Of a DNA stretch of 64,000 nucleotides, positions 1 through 9,287 are shown one piece after another. The position numbers and the translations under genes are program-made. The DNA comes from an uncultured Gammaproteobacteria bacterium (GTDB lineage Bacteria; Patescibacteriota; Patescibacteriia; Patescibacteriales; GWE2-39-37): contig CAYUCS010000001.1 of NCBI GenBank assembly GCA_964443495.1, positions 680,468 to 744,467 on the forward strand, read 5' to 3'. The notes under the pieces are model-generated. The model worked only from the letters and a program-made list of their open reading frames with translations, was not told the DNA's origin and did not search any database. Every line of letters starts with the position of its first letter. The stretch's first letter is position 1.

Positions 1-110
1 ATTGAGGTCAGTTTGTAATCCTTGCCGAAGAGCTTGGCCAAATGAGCGGCTGTCAGATGTATATGGCGGGCTGAAACTTCTACCGGCACCGTCAGATTAT
101 TTTTTTTCAT
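1..110 (-). CDS. pduL: PduL-type phosphate acyltransferase, N-terminal 36 codons only (gene runs off window start)
   Basis: Reverse complement of 1-110 reads MKKNNLTVPVEVSARHIHLTAAHLAKLFGKDYKLTS. VPVEVSARHxHL followed by LFG matches the PduL N-terminal repeat. The ATG at 110-108 overlaps the TGA (109-107) of the upstream kinase gene (ATGA overlap). Not in the ORF track because it is truncated. Confidence 0.6.
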   Translation of the reverse strand, partial: MKKNNLTVPVEVSARHIHLTAAHLAKLFGKDYKLTS

Positions 111-1102
111 ATTGATAATTTAGCTAAATCAGCTTTGCGCATCAGCCCGTTCTGCGCCCCCTTGATCGAAGCCACACGGGCAGCATTGTTCGCTGCCAGT
201 TTGAGCGCCCTTGGAAGGTCGTCCTTGTAAATGGATAAGCCGGCCACCACTGTCGAACCGAAAGCATCGCCGACGCCGACGGTGTTGACCTTGCGCTTGA
301 GATTGACAGCCTTGACCTTATAGACCTGGTCTTCGCGCCAAGCTGTCGCACCCTTGCCGCCGTTAGTCACGACTACGGTTCGCGGCCCCCAAGAAGAGAT
401 GATTTCCGCCATCTTGGCCGGATCATCGAAGAATGACAACGGCTTACGCTTATACGACTGGTCGGAAATGACTAACTCTCTAGCCTCGTCCAGATTCAAC
501 ACGACCAGTTCTGTCTTCTTGAGATATTTGGCCAATGCTTTCTTGCCGGCAGCCAATTGGGTATGGCCGGGGTTCCAGGCCACCTTGGGCCCTTCGACCG
601 CGAACAGCTTGTCCAAAAAGGCTTTCCAGTTACCTGAAAGCGAAGTGAGATATACCCAGCTGCTTTTCTTGAGCTGTTTGGCCGTACTGGAATCGATATC
701 CAGGAAAGAGTTGGCGCCACGCACGGAAAAAGAGATATGCTCGTTGTCCGGACCGACGATGATAGGAGAAAAACCGCTCATCTGCCCTTTGACCGACTGC
801 ACCAGCCGACGATTCACTTTCTCGCTCTTGAGATGGCGGATGATTTGCGCCCCGCGGTCATCATTGCCCACGGCCACCCGGCAAGCAGTCTTAAGGCCGA
901 GCCTGGCGAAAGAAACAGCCGCATTGGCAGCGCCGCCACCGAAGGCTGACTCAGCCTTGTCAACGGCCAATTTGGCCCCATATTCGAAGCCGAGAAGTTC
1001 CTGGCGCAGGACGTCATGCTTATTGTCGATCAGCACCCCCTCATGGGTGAATAAGGTCATATCCTCAGTCGCTCCCCCGACGGTAATCACGTCATATTTC
1101 AT
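107..1102 (-). CDS. PfkB-family carbohydrate kinase (ribokinase-like)
   Basis: 331-aa ORF. N-terminal ITVGGATEDM and GGGAANAAV glycine-rich motifs; C-terminal NTVGVGDAFGSTVVAG matches the PfkB DTxGAGD signature. Confidence 0.85.
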   Translation of the reverse strand: MKYDVITVGGATEDMTLFTHEGVLIDNKHDVLRQELLGFEYGAKLAVDKAESAFGGGAANAAVSFARLGLKTACRVAVGNDDRGAQIIRHLKSEKVNRRLVQSVKGQMSGFSPIIVGPDNEHISFSVRGANSFLDIDSSTAKQLKKSSWVYLTSLSGNWKAFLDKLFAVEGPKVAWNPGHTQLAAGKKALAKYLKKTELVVLNLDEARELVISDQSYKRKPLSFFDDPAKMAEIISSWGPRTVVVTNGGKGATAWREDQVYKVKAVNLKRKVNTVGVGDAFGSTVVAGLSIYKDDLPRALKLAANNAARVASIKGAQNGLMRKADLAKLSI

Positions 1103-1149
1103 AATAATTCGTATTAATTCTTATCCCGATTATACCATTTAAGCGGCCA

Positions 1150-1182
1150 AATATAAAGCCAGGCGCCTGATTGGCGCCTGGC
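1150..1182 (-). terminator. Hairpin terminator 3' of the DUF4340 gene
   Basis: 10-bp GC stem gccaggcgcc / ggcgcctggc (1158-1167 / 1173-1182), followed on the minus strand by TTTATATTT. Confidence 0.5.
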
Positions 1183-1193
1183 GGAAAAACTGG

Positions 1194-2090
1194 CTATTTC
1201 AATTGGTCCGGTTTCTTGGCGAGCTCATCCTTGTCAACCTTGGCAATGAGATAGATCAAATCATTATCGCCACGTTTGGCATAGAACTGGCCTTGGCCAT
1301 CATCCTTTCCGATCATCAAGGTATTATCCAGTCCGTCACCTGTAAGCTGGACGATCAAACTAGCTTTGGCTAGTCCGGTCGGTTTGAAATCTTGAGCCGG
1401 TATCTTGGCGGCGGCGAGCGAGGTCATCCGGGTCAGGATATTGTTGACCTTGTCCTTGTTGAGCTTGGTCTTGCCGTCGAACCAATCTTCACCCTTCTTT
1501 TCGAGAATATACTGCTTATCTGAAAACTGCAGGCGGATTTTCTGAGCCTTGGCGCTGTCTCCCGTGAAGATTGCCAGGTTGCGCCACTCCTCGGCCATGA
1601 AGACTGACCACAGGTTGGCAGCCGTACGATAAGTATTATCATCATCCTGGCGGCTGATATACGAACTTGAATAGTCGCTGGTCATCTTGCCGATGATAAC
1701 GGTCGTCTTGTTGTCGCCCTGGGGAAAAGTCACCTCGATGCCGCTGTCATCGGTCTGAAACTCGGACTTGCGGTCCTTGTTGGTGCTGACCAACTCCAAA
1801 GATCCTTGCTGTGCCGCCTTGAGTTGGGCGATCATCTGCTCGATCGCGCTCGGACTGGCATTGAAAGCCTTCTTATCAGTGCCAACCTTCCAGTCCTCGC
1901 CCTGTTTTGCCAAAACAGTCTTACCTTTGGCAATTTCAACCTTGTCGATTTTGCCGAAATCTACGCCGGACAAGAAATTTTTCGGCTGATTGGCCTTTTC
2001 CCTCCAATTCTTGATCGGTCCGTTATAAGCGAAGCCTAGACCGATGAGGACGACCAGAACCGCCGCCAAAATTAGGTTATTCTTCTTCAT
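1194..2090 (-). CDS. DUF4340-like membrane-anchored protein, last gene of the GldG/ABC-2 operon
   Basis: The ORF-track start at 2189 overlaps the thioredoxin gene. The internal ATG at 2090 gives MKKNNLILAAVLVVLIGLGF (an N-terminal TM anchor) and leaves a 4-nt gap to the upstream stop. A position after a GldG-like gene is typical of DUF4340. Confidence 0.6.
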   Translation of the reverse strand: MKKNNLILAAVLVVLIGLGFAYNGPIKNWREKANQPKNFLSGVDFGKIDKVEIAKGKTVLAKQGEDWKVGTDKKAFNASPSAIEQMIAQLKAAQQGSLELVSTNKDRKSEFQTDDSGIEVTFPQGDNKTTVIIGKMTSDYSSSYISRQDDDNTYRTAANLWSVFMAEEWRNLAIFTGDSAKAQKIRLQFSDKQYILEKKGEDWFDGKTKLNKDKVNNILTRMTSLAAAKIPAQDFKPTGLAKASLIVQLTGDGLDNTLMIGKDDGQGQFYAKRGDNDLIYLIAKVDKDELAKKPDQLK

Positions 2091-2094
2091 AGAT

Positions 2095-2367
2095 TTAATT
2101 AAGAGATAAATTTTGCTTGATTTCCTCCAAGAGTTCATCCTTGCCTCGCATGCCGACTGAGCGCCCGATCTCCTCCCCTGATTCTGCAAGATAGATAGTG
2201 GTCGGCACGTTGGTTACGCCGAAGGCTTCAGCCTCCTCTGTATTATCATCATAGTCGTACTCCTCGATAATGAGATCGGGAAACGCTTGTCGCACCTCGG
2301 ACCACATCGGACGCATCACGATGCAGTCAGCGCACCACAAGGCGGTGAATTTGATGATTTTAATCAT
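2095..2367 (-). CDS. Thioredoxin-like protein (WCADC active site)
   Basis: From the ATG at 2367: MIKIIKFTALWCADCIVMRPMW...VPTTIYL, i.e. a thioredoxin fold with a CxxC motif and the cis-Pro region VPT. The longer ORF-track start (2487) overlaps the GldG-like gene. Confidence 0.75.
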   Translation of the reverse strand: MIKIIKFTALWCADCIVMRPMWSEVRQAFPDLIIEEYDYDDNTEEAEAFGVTNVPTTIYLAESGEEIGRSVGMRGKDELLEEIKQNLSLN

Positions 2368-2368
2368 A

Positions 2369-3904
2369 CTACTCTGCCGGCTCGCGCTTATTGCGGCGGC
2401 GGGCATAATAACGGTACAAGCCGAAACCGACAGCCAAAAGGGTGATTCCGAACACGTTGCCGTAGCGGATGGCGATCTTGGAGCCATCTGAGAGCTGTTC
2501 CTTCAGCGGATGGCTTGAGATCGTTTTGGCACGGATGCCGATCAGCTGTTCGTCAAGCCCCAGATAGTCAACCATGTTCTGGAAAAAGGCGAGGTTGTCG
2601 CCCGTGTCCAGCAAGCCGTCCTTCAGAAAATCGCTGTCGCCGACGACGATGATCCGAGCCTTGTCGGTCGAACCTTGGCCGTACGGGCTTTTCAGCTTGC
2701 CCTGGACTGCGGCGGCCAGAGTATATTGGTCGGCACTATCGGCTGACGGTACCTGGTCGGGCCGCAGGTTGAAATCGCTGGTCACGTGCCAAGCGCGGTT
2801 AGTGGTCTTAGCCAGATACGCCACCTGGTTCTGCGTTGCCGTCTCCTGGCTGATGCCAATGCTCGAAGCCCATGGCAAGACGATGCTTTGCAGGCGCGAA
2901 ACGATCGGGTTAGATTTATCCAAACCGTTGATGACCTTGGGCCAGAACGGATATTCGATATTGAAAGTCATGAAGCCCTGGTTGAACGAGGCCATGCCGG
3001 CGGAAACATCGAGCACCAAATCCTTGTTCAGAGTGATGCCGTAGCCGGACAGCAACTCTTCCATGCCTAGCTCGTTCTTGCTGGCAGACAAGCCATTGTC
3101 GATCTTGACGCCGTCGGCCAGCAAGAGCAGGCTGCCGCCGCCCATGACGAACTTATCGATCGCCTTGAGCTCGTCCTTGCTGAATTTTTCCTTCGGCCCG
3201 GCAATGACAAGGGCTTTGATGGTGGAGGGTATGGTTTTTTCCGTCTTCAAATCGACCGTCTGGACCTGATAAAGCTCCTTCAAAGCCTTGTTTGCCTTGG
3301 TCGCTTCCTTCTCCCAATCAAGAGTGCCGTGGCCAGCCAGAGTGCCGATGACGATCGGCTCTTTGGCGGTCAGCTTCTTAATATCGGAGCTGACAAGATA
3401 TTCGAAATTGCTGACATCCTGCAAGACTGGTACGACTTCTGACTTGTCGCCATAACTCAGGACCATGCCCATGTAGCCGTTGACGACCTGGTATTTGTCT
3501 TTTTCCAAGACATTGAACTGCACTTCAGGGATGCCCTTCGAGCGCAGCTCCGAAGCGGCTTCCTTGTCCTTCATCGGGTCAATGACCTGGACCTTGATCT
3601 TGCCTTTGGAATAATTCTGATATTCGTCGAGCAGATCCAGGACTTCCTGCTTCAGGGTGATATACTGGCTCGGCAGATTGCCGCTGAAATAAACCTTGAT
3701 ATTGATGATGTCCGGCAAGTCGCGGGCCAGATCCTTGCTAGCCGAGGACAGCGAATAATTCTTGTTGCTGGTCAGGTCAAAACGGTGGAACAGCTGATAG
3801 GAAAAGAAGTTCAGAGCGGCAATGACGCCGACGACCAGCAAGACGTTCAAGCCGAAACCGGCCTGCTTCTGCCACTTGGTGATTTTGCTTATCTTTTGCA
3901 TCAT
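2369..3904 (-). CDS. GldG-like ABC-transporter auxiliary protein (ABC-type uncharacterised transport system domain)
   Basis: 511 aa with N- and C-terminal TM helices flanking a large external domain. It lies directly downstream of the ABC-2 permease and ATPase, as in gldAFG-type operons. Confidence 0.7.
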   Translation of the reverse strand: MMQKISKITKWQKQAGFGLNVLLVVGVIAALNFFSYQLFHRFDLTSNKNYSLSSASKDLARDLPDIINIKVYFSGNLPSQYITLKQEVLDLLDEYQNYSKGKIKVQVIDPMKDKEAASELRSKGIPEVQFNVLEKDKYQVVNGYMGMVLSYGDKSEVVPVLQDVSNFEYLVSSDIKKLTAKEPIVIGTLAGHGTLDWEKEATKANKALKELYQVQTVDLKTEKTIPSTIKALVIAGPKEKFSKDELKAIDKFVMGGGSLLLLADGVKIDNGLSASKNELGMEELLSGYGITLNKDLVLDVSAGMASFNQGFMTFNIEYPFWPKVINGLDKSNPIVSRLQSIVLPWASSIGISQETATQNQVAYLAKTTNRAWHVTSDFNLRPDQVPSADSADQYTLAAAVQGKLKSPYGQGSTDKARIIVVGDSDFLKDGLLDTGDNLAFFQNMVDYLGLDEQLIGIRAKTISSHPLKEQLSDGSKIAIRYGNVFGITLLAVGFGLYRYYARRRNKREPAE

Positions 3905-3913
3905 ATGTTTGCC

Positions 3914-4645
3914 TTATTGCCAATTACGCTGGGAAATGACCCGAGCGTTCATCCAAAGGAAGAAAAAGATGAAGGAAAAGTAATAGAACAGATCCTTGGT
4001 ATCGATAACTCCCTTGGCGATGTTATAAAAATGGCTGCCGAGGCCGAGGAATTTCATGACCGGAGCCGCAAACTGGGGCGCGCTGATCAGCACGAAATCC
4101 GCGCCGACGACGAAGAAGCCGAAGCAGCCAGCCAAAGCCAGGACGAAAGCGATGATCTGGTTCTTGGTCATGGCCGAAATGAACAGGCCCAAAGACAGGT
4201 AGGCTCCCGCCAGCAGCAAGGCGCCGAGATAGCCGCCGATGACCGGCCCCATCTCAAGATCGCCGAGATAGCTGATCGTCACCGGCAATGACAAGCTCAA
4301 AAGCAAGGCGACAGCGACGAAGGCCAGGGAGGAAAAGAATTTAGCGAGTACGGCCTGCCAGTCGGTGATCGGCAAGGTCAGAAGGAACTCGATGGTGCCG
4401 GACTTCTTCTCCTCCGCCCAGAGACGCATGGTGATGGCTGGGGAAAGGAAGAGAAAAAGCCAAGGCAAGATCGCGAAATAATCGCGCATGCTGGCCTGGC
4501 CGATCAGGAAGAACGAATTGAAATACAGCCAGTTCCCCACGATCAGGTAGGCCCCGATGAAGATGTAGGCGATGGGCGAATTGAAGTAGCCGAGAAGCTC
4601 CTTCTTGCCCAAGACGTAAATCGTTTTGAGATATTCCTTGTTCAT
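3914..4645 (-). CDS. ABC-2 type transporter permease
   Basis: 243 aa with about 6 predicted TM segments. 4-nt gap to the ATPase gene. Confidence 0.8.
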   Translation of the reverse strand: MNKEYLKTIYVLGKKELLGYFNSPIAYIFIGAYLIVGNWLYFNSFFLIGQASMRDYFAILPWLFLFLSPAITMRLWAEEKKSGTIEFLLTLPITDWQAVLAKFFSSLAFVAVALLLSLSLPVTISYLGDLEMGPVIGGYLGALLLAGAYLSLGLFISAMTKNQIIAFVLALAGCFGFFVVGADFVLISAPQFAAPVMKFLGLGSHFYNIAKGVIDTKDLFYYFSFIFFFLWMNARVISQRNWQ

Positions 4646-4649
4646 ACGA

Positions 4650-5585
4650 TTATTGGTTATTGGCGGTTAAGGTGCGGAAGACGTCCTCAAGCGAGTGCTG
4701 CTTCTGGGTGAACTCGACAATTCCCCAGCCCGAATTGATAACGACACGCATCACGGCCTCGCGCGGGTCATGGCCTTCGACGGGCTCAATCTCAAGATTG
4801 ACAACACCGTCTTCGAAGCGCTTGACTTCGACGCGAGCCACGGACTCGACACCCCTGATCTTCTCCACCACGTCGAATTGGTCGCCGCGGACGGCCAGGG
4901 TCAGGAATTCCTTGACACCCGCCTTAGCCACCAGCTCGCTCGGGCTGCCCTCGCCGACGATCTTGCCGTTATTGATGATGATGACACGGTCGCAAGTCGC
5001 ACTGACTTCCGACAATATATGCGTTGAAAATATGACTGTCTTCTCTTTACCCAGACGCTTGATCAGGTCGCGGATTTCGACGATCTGATTCGGATCCAAG
5101 CCGGTTGTCGGCTCGTCCAGGATCAGAATTTCCGGGTCGTGGATGATGGCTTGCGCCAAGCCGACGCGCTGGCGATAACCCTTAGAAAGCTCGTCGATCG
5201 GCCGATGGAGCACCTTTTCCAGGTTGCACAGCTCGGCAACCTCCTTGATGCGGGCCTTGATCTTGTCCGAATCGATCTGCCTGATTTCAGCGATGAAACG
5301 CAGATACTCATCGACCCGCATATCCTCATACAGCGGGACCGTCTCGGGCAGATAGCCGATCTTCTTGCGCGTTTCGAGCGAGTTGTCAGCCACATCCAGG
5401 CCGTCGATCGAAACGCTGCCGCTGGTCGCACCCCAGAACGAGGTGATGATTTTCATGGTGGTGGTCTTACCGGCACCATTTGGCCCTAAAAAGCCGAGGA
5501 TTTCCCCCTTGTTGACCGTAAAACTCACCTGGTCCAGCACCTTGGTCGTGCCGAACTTCTTCACCAGATCTTTGATTTCAATCAT
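4650..5585 (-). CDS. ABC transporter ATP-binding protein
   Basis: Walker A GPNGAGKTT, signature LSKGYRQRV, Walker B ILILDEPTTGLD, H-loop STHIL. Confidence 0.95.
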   Translation of the reverse strand: MIEIKDLVKKFGTTKVLDQVSFTVNKGEILGFLGPNGAGKTTTMKIITSFWGATSGSVSIDGLDVADNSLETRKKIGYLPETVPLYEDMRVDEYLRFIAEIRQIDSDKIKARIKEVAELCNLEKVLHRPIDELSKGYRQRVGLAQAIIHDPEILILDEPTTGLDPNQIVEIRDLIKRLGKEKTVIFSTHILSEVSATCDRVIIINNGKIVGEGSPSELVAKAGVKEFLTLAVRGDQFDVVEKIRGVESVARVEVKRFEDGVVNLEIEPVEGHDPREAVMRVVINSGWGIVEFTQKQHSLEDVFRTLTANNQ

Positions 5586-5680
5586 AGTTTTAGGCTTTTA
5601 AACAAAGAAATCCGCAAAATAGTGGATTTCTTTGATATTATACTCTATTCAATTGTGGAACGCAAGAAATTGCTAGGCTT

Positions 5681-7426
5681 TTACTGCTTCGAAGTTGCGG
5701 TATTATTAAGGTCGTTAGCCTCGAATAAGACACCCTTACTGGTATCCGTAACCGAATTGGCATCGATCTTGACCACGTTCTTCGTCACTTTGAAACGGCC
5801 GATATACTTGCTAAAAATATTGGTCACATCAGCTTTAACCTCACCCAAGGAACCCTTGCCCAGCCAACCCGACTTCGAAGTCAAACCGGCAACGGCCGTC
5901 GTGCTGGTAGCCTTGCCGCCAACGGTAAAATTGATGCGGAAAGCCACTCTTACGGTCGAACTTCCGATATACACCGGGGCGCCCTGATTGACCACGTTCG
6001 CGGTGGCGTAATACATGGGCTTGTTGGTAGCTTGGCTGCAATAGCCAAGCTTGGTCAAACCCAAAGAGGCATTGGTGACCTTTTGCGGCTCGTTGATATC
6101 AACCTTTCCGTTGCCATCCAAGTCGATGCAGCAGGTGTTGACCGGCTTCAGAATGCCGAGATAGGCCTGTGTCATGAGCGTAGCGTCAGCGGAAGTGATT
6201 TTTCCATCATGATCCAAATCGCCCTTCAGCTGGCCTGGATAGCAGGCAAACGGAGTCGAGCTGGAGATAGTCTTCGGCGCCGTCGGGAAAATCATTTTTG
6301 ACGGAACGACGCGCGGAGCGCTGATCTTGAGATCAGGCTTCGCAATTGTCGGATAACCGACCCAATAATTATTAGCGTAGTTAGATTCGAGGTAGCGCAT
6401 GAAAGGATTAGGGAAATTCGGTTGCGCTTCCATGCCGGCAATGACAGTTGGGTTGATCGAGCCTGGAACTAACGGCAAAACCAGATTATCTCTGAAGCCG
6501 TAATTCACCATCGCCTTGACCGAATAGCCGGACATATCCCTAGCGGTTGCCGGCAGCAGGAATTTCAGCGTAGCTACCTGGCCAGATTTGAAAACTGGTC
6601 CGACGACGCGGCTGATATAGCCCGTCTGGACCTTGTTCCGGTCAGTCACCCTCAAGGCTACGATCACGTCCGTTTCCATAATGCTGTTGTTCGGAAGGAC
6701 GGGATAATTCTTAAGAGCAAAGACGTGGTATGCCGGCCCGCCGACATTTTCCACCTTGACTTCGGCATTGAAGCGTTGGCCAGGGTTGGCGCCGGATGAA
6801 ACCGGGGTGATCTTGACGTCGGTCACCTTGAAGTCAGGTGCGGATTCAACCGCTCGGCCATCCTTGACTTCGAAAGTCTTAGTGATGGTCTTATAAAGAC
6901 TGTAGTCGTGAGACCACTGCGCATTCGGCATAACTCCGGCGGTCACATAAAGATAAGGAGTGGATGTCGCGATTACCAAAGAGCAGCCAGGCAAGCCCTT
7001 GTAGTCCGCTGGCAATGCGACTCCGCCAGGAATGTAGGTCAAAGCCCCAATCGGCGCCGCAGCCGAATAAACTACCGGATACTCTGCGCCCGCTCCCAGC
7101 ATCGGCAACTTCACGGCAACATTGCCGCTGCCGCTGCTGTCATTGACATTCAGCATCACTGCCGGGGTCGTAGTAGTGTTGTTCGGGGTCATGGCACCGC
7201 CTTCATTCTTGACCGTGACGATGACTCGATAATTGTAGCCATAGCTGTCTCGACCCAAGTACTCGAGCCGGACATTGGTCGGCTTAAGCGACGGAGCTGC
7301 CGGCGCGGGCGCGGCGCCCTGGGTCGCATTGATAGAGATTGCGAAAATGGCAATCATGAACAGCGCAAGTAGGCTCTTCCGCTGCGGTTTGATTCTGCTC
7401 ATAAGCATGAAAATGAGCTGGCTCAT
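5681..7426 (-). CDS. Secreted protein with repeated Ig/CARDB-like beta domains and a dockerin-like EF-hand pair
   Basis: N-terminal signal/TM LLALFMIAIFAISINATQG. aa 402-447 read DLDHDGKITSADATLM...IDLDGNGKVDINE, i.e. two DxDxDGxxxxxD Ca-binding loops. Confidence 0.6.
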   Translation of the reverse strand: MSQLIFMLMSRIKPQRKSLLALFMIAIFAISINATQGAAPAPAAPSLKPTNVRLEYLGRDSYGYNYRVIVTVKNEGGAMTPNNTTTTPAVMLNVNDSSGSGNVAVKLPMLGAGAEYPVVYSAAAPIGALTYIPGGVALPADYKGLPGCSLVIATSTPYLYVTAGVMPNAQWSHDYSLYKTITKTFEVKDGRAVESAPDFKVTDVKITPVSSGANPGQRFNAEVKVENVGGPAYHVFALKNYPVLPNNSIMETDVIVALRVTDRNKVQTGYISRVVGPVFKSGQVATLKFLLPATARDMSGYSVKAMVNYGFRDNLVLPLVPGSINPTVIAGMEAQPNFPNPFMRYLESNYANNYWVGYPTIAKPDLKISAPRVVPSKMIFPTAPKTISSSTPFACYPGQLKGDLDHDGKITSADATLMTQAYLGILKPVNTCCIDLDGNGKVDINEPQKVTNASLGLTKLGYCSQATNKPMYYATANVVNQGAPVYIGSSTVRVAFRINFTVGGKATSTTAVAGLTSKSGWLGKGSLGEVKADVTNIFSKYIGRFKVTKNVVKIDANSVTDTSKGVLFEANDLNNTATSKQ

Positions 7427-7505
7427 TTTAGTTAGTTATTATCCACCCGATAGGCCGGCTGGAAAAGGCTTTAATATTATAGCAAATTTGCGCCGGAAGC
7501 CAAAA

Positions 7506-8657
7506 TTACTGCTTGAACTCGTCAAGGATGACGGCCAGCTTCAATACCTGTCCTTTGCGCCAGATTTTGAGATTCAACGTGCTGCCCGGCTTAAGCTTCT
7601 GGGTAATCGAAAGCAGGGTGTTCCTGCCATCCACCTTCACCCCGTTAGCCTCAGTAATAATATCGCCAGCCTTGATGCCCGCCTTCTCGGCCGGCGAGCT
7701 AGTCGCCACTGCCGGCAAGCCAGTCCCGTTGGAATCGACCAAAGCGCCGCTTGTCAAAGGCAATTTCTTCTCCCGGGCGATATCCTGGGTGAGCATCACG
7801 TATCTTACGCCGAGCCTCGGCCTGACGATCCGACCGACTTCGCGAGCGCTCTTGATTACCGGTTTGGCATCATTGACCGCGATGGCGAAGCCGATCGAGG
7901 AACCTGAGGCATCGACAGCCACATTGATGCCGACCAGCTTGCCGTTCAGGTCGATCAAGGGTCCGCCGGAATTGCCGAAATTTATCTCGGCGTCAGTCTG
8001 GATGACATTGCCGAGATTTTCCGGAGAACCGGCCTGATCACTGGCAATGATGTCCCGATTGAGACCGCTGACGATGCCCTTAGTCACGCTGTTCTGATAG
8101 ACGCCCAAAGCGTTGCCGATGGCGATGACAGACATGCCAGGTGTGAGCTTGTCGCTATCGCCAAGTTCGACGAACGGCAGATTCTTGTCGAAAATCTTCA
8201 GGATGGCCAAATCATTCAGCGGGTCCTTGCCGATCAGTTGGGCATAATACTGCTTGCCGTTCTGCAAGATGACCTTATACTCGGCTTTGCTTGCGTCATC
8301 GACCTGGATGACGTGCTTGTTGGTCAGGAGCAGGCCGTCGGCAGAAATCAGGAACCCCGTCCCTGAACCGACTTTTTCTTTCCTTTCTTCCGTTATCGAA
8401 AGAGTGCTGCCCGACCCCTGGCTTGGAGCCTTGATGTTCTCATAGACGTCGATGCTGACAACCGCCGGCGAGACTTTCTTAATAGCCCTGACCGTCGCCT
8501 CTTGCTCGTCGAACTTGAGATTGTCCGCCACCAAAGCTGGCTTTGATGGGATGGACACGAACAGGCCCAGCGATAATCCGAAAATGAATAGCGCTGCGGC
8601 CGATATCAGTTTTGCTTGTCGATTGTTCATATGGTTATTTTCGTTCATCTTCTTCAT
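7506..8657 (-). CDS. htrA: HtrA/DegP-family serine protease with C-terminal PDZ domain
   Basis: Catalytic triad contexts TNKHV, NDLAILKI and GNSGGPL; PDZ-like C-terminus (AEKAGIKAGDIITEANG). The start is uncertain (8657, 8648 or 8630). The ORF-track start at 8813 would overlap the upstream gene by 179 nt. Confidence 0.9.
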   Translation of the reverse strand: MKKMNENNHMNNRQAKLISAAALFIFGLSLGLFVSIPSKPALVADNLKFDEQEATVRAIKKVSPAVVSIDVYENIKAPSQGSGSTLSITEERKEKVGSGTGFLISADGLLLTNKHVIQVDDASKAEYKVILQNGKQYYAQLIGKDPLNDLAILKIFDKNLPFVELGDSDKLTPGMSVIAIGNALGVYQNSVTKGIVSGLNRDIIASDQAGSPENLGNVIQTDAEINFGNSGGPLIDLNGKLVGINVAVDASGSSIGFAIAVNDAKPVIKSAREVGRIVRPRLGVRYVMLTQDIAREKKLPLTSGALVDSNGTGLPAVATSSPAEKAGIKAGDIITEANGVKVDGRNTLLSITQKLKPGSTLNLKIWRKGQVLKLAVILDEFKQ

Positions 8658-9147
8658 TATGCGAATGGCCGACGAAAGTGTTGCCTCGGCCGAATAACTT
8701 AAGGTTGCTCTCGCGCATTCCGTTTCCAGCTTCCGCTTCATCTTCGGCCGGCAGGCTTTCCGGCAACGCCTCCTTGATTTTCGGATACGCGGCAGAAAAT
8801 ATCGGCAGTCCAAGCTCGCGCGCCAGCCTGGCTATCTCGTAAGCAACCTCCTTGTGCGCCTTGCGCTGAGCCGCCTTGTCGTCGCTGACTCCGGCGATTT
8901 CCCTATAATGAGCCAACACTAGCACCTGGTCGAACGCCCCGAAAGTCTCGCCCCTCTTCCTGAACTCGGTCAACAGCTCAGGCAGGCCGGACTTGCCCCG
9001 CTCTACTTTGTCTATTTGCAGCTTCTCCTCCAAAAAAAGCCTTATTGAAGACAGGAAAGCAGGCGAAAACTTGCCCTCGAGCTCTTCTTCGGGACTAAGC
9101 CTCTCCTTTTCCGGTTTTTTGAATAATTCCAATTGCTCTTCAAACAT
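8635..9147 (-). CDS. Hypothetical protein (170 aa, acidic, no recognisable domain)
   Basis: Long ORF in an otherwise unoccupied interval on the operon strand. No SD. A TATACT box ends 7 nt before the ATG, so the mRNA may be leaderless. Confidence 0.55.
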   Translation of the reverse strand: MFEEQLELFKKPEKERLSPEEELEGKFSPAFLSSIRLFLEEKLQIDKVERGKSGLPELLTEFRKRGETFGAFDQVLVLAHYREIAGVSDDKAAQRKAHKEVAYEIARLARELGLPIFSAAYPKIKEALPESLPAEDEAEAGNGMRESNLKLFGRGNTFVGHSHNEEDERK

Positions 9148-9237
9148 ATAATTCAGTATAAGCCCCTTCCACCCTCCCGTCCAGGGCCCATAAAAGACAA
9201 AATCCCTTTGCCTAACCAGGCATCATTGTTCCTTGAG

Positions 9238-9269
9238 CAAAAAAAATAGGCCGCTCTTGATGAGCGGCC
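9238..9269 (-). terminator. Intrinsic terminator of the 177-aa gene
   Basis: Stem ggccgctc / gagcggcc (9249-9256 / 9262-9269), followed on the minus strand by TA + T8. Confidence 0.8.
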
Positions 9270-9287
9270 CGGCTTTACCGATAGGCG

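Noticed and set aside
354-1142. 262-aa plus-strand ORF
   Set aside because: Antisense to the PfkB kinase gene, whose motifs are clear.
2091-2189. ORF-track N-terminal extensions of the DUF4340 gene (to 2189), the thioredoxin gene (to 2487) and htrA (to 8813)
   Set aside because: Each extension overlaps the 3' end of the preceding gene by 95-180 nt. Internal ATGs restore the 1-9-nt operon spacing and give sensible N-termini (a TM anchor, a thioredoxin beta-1 strand).
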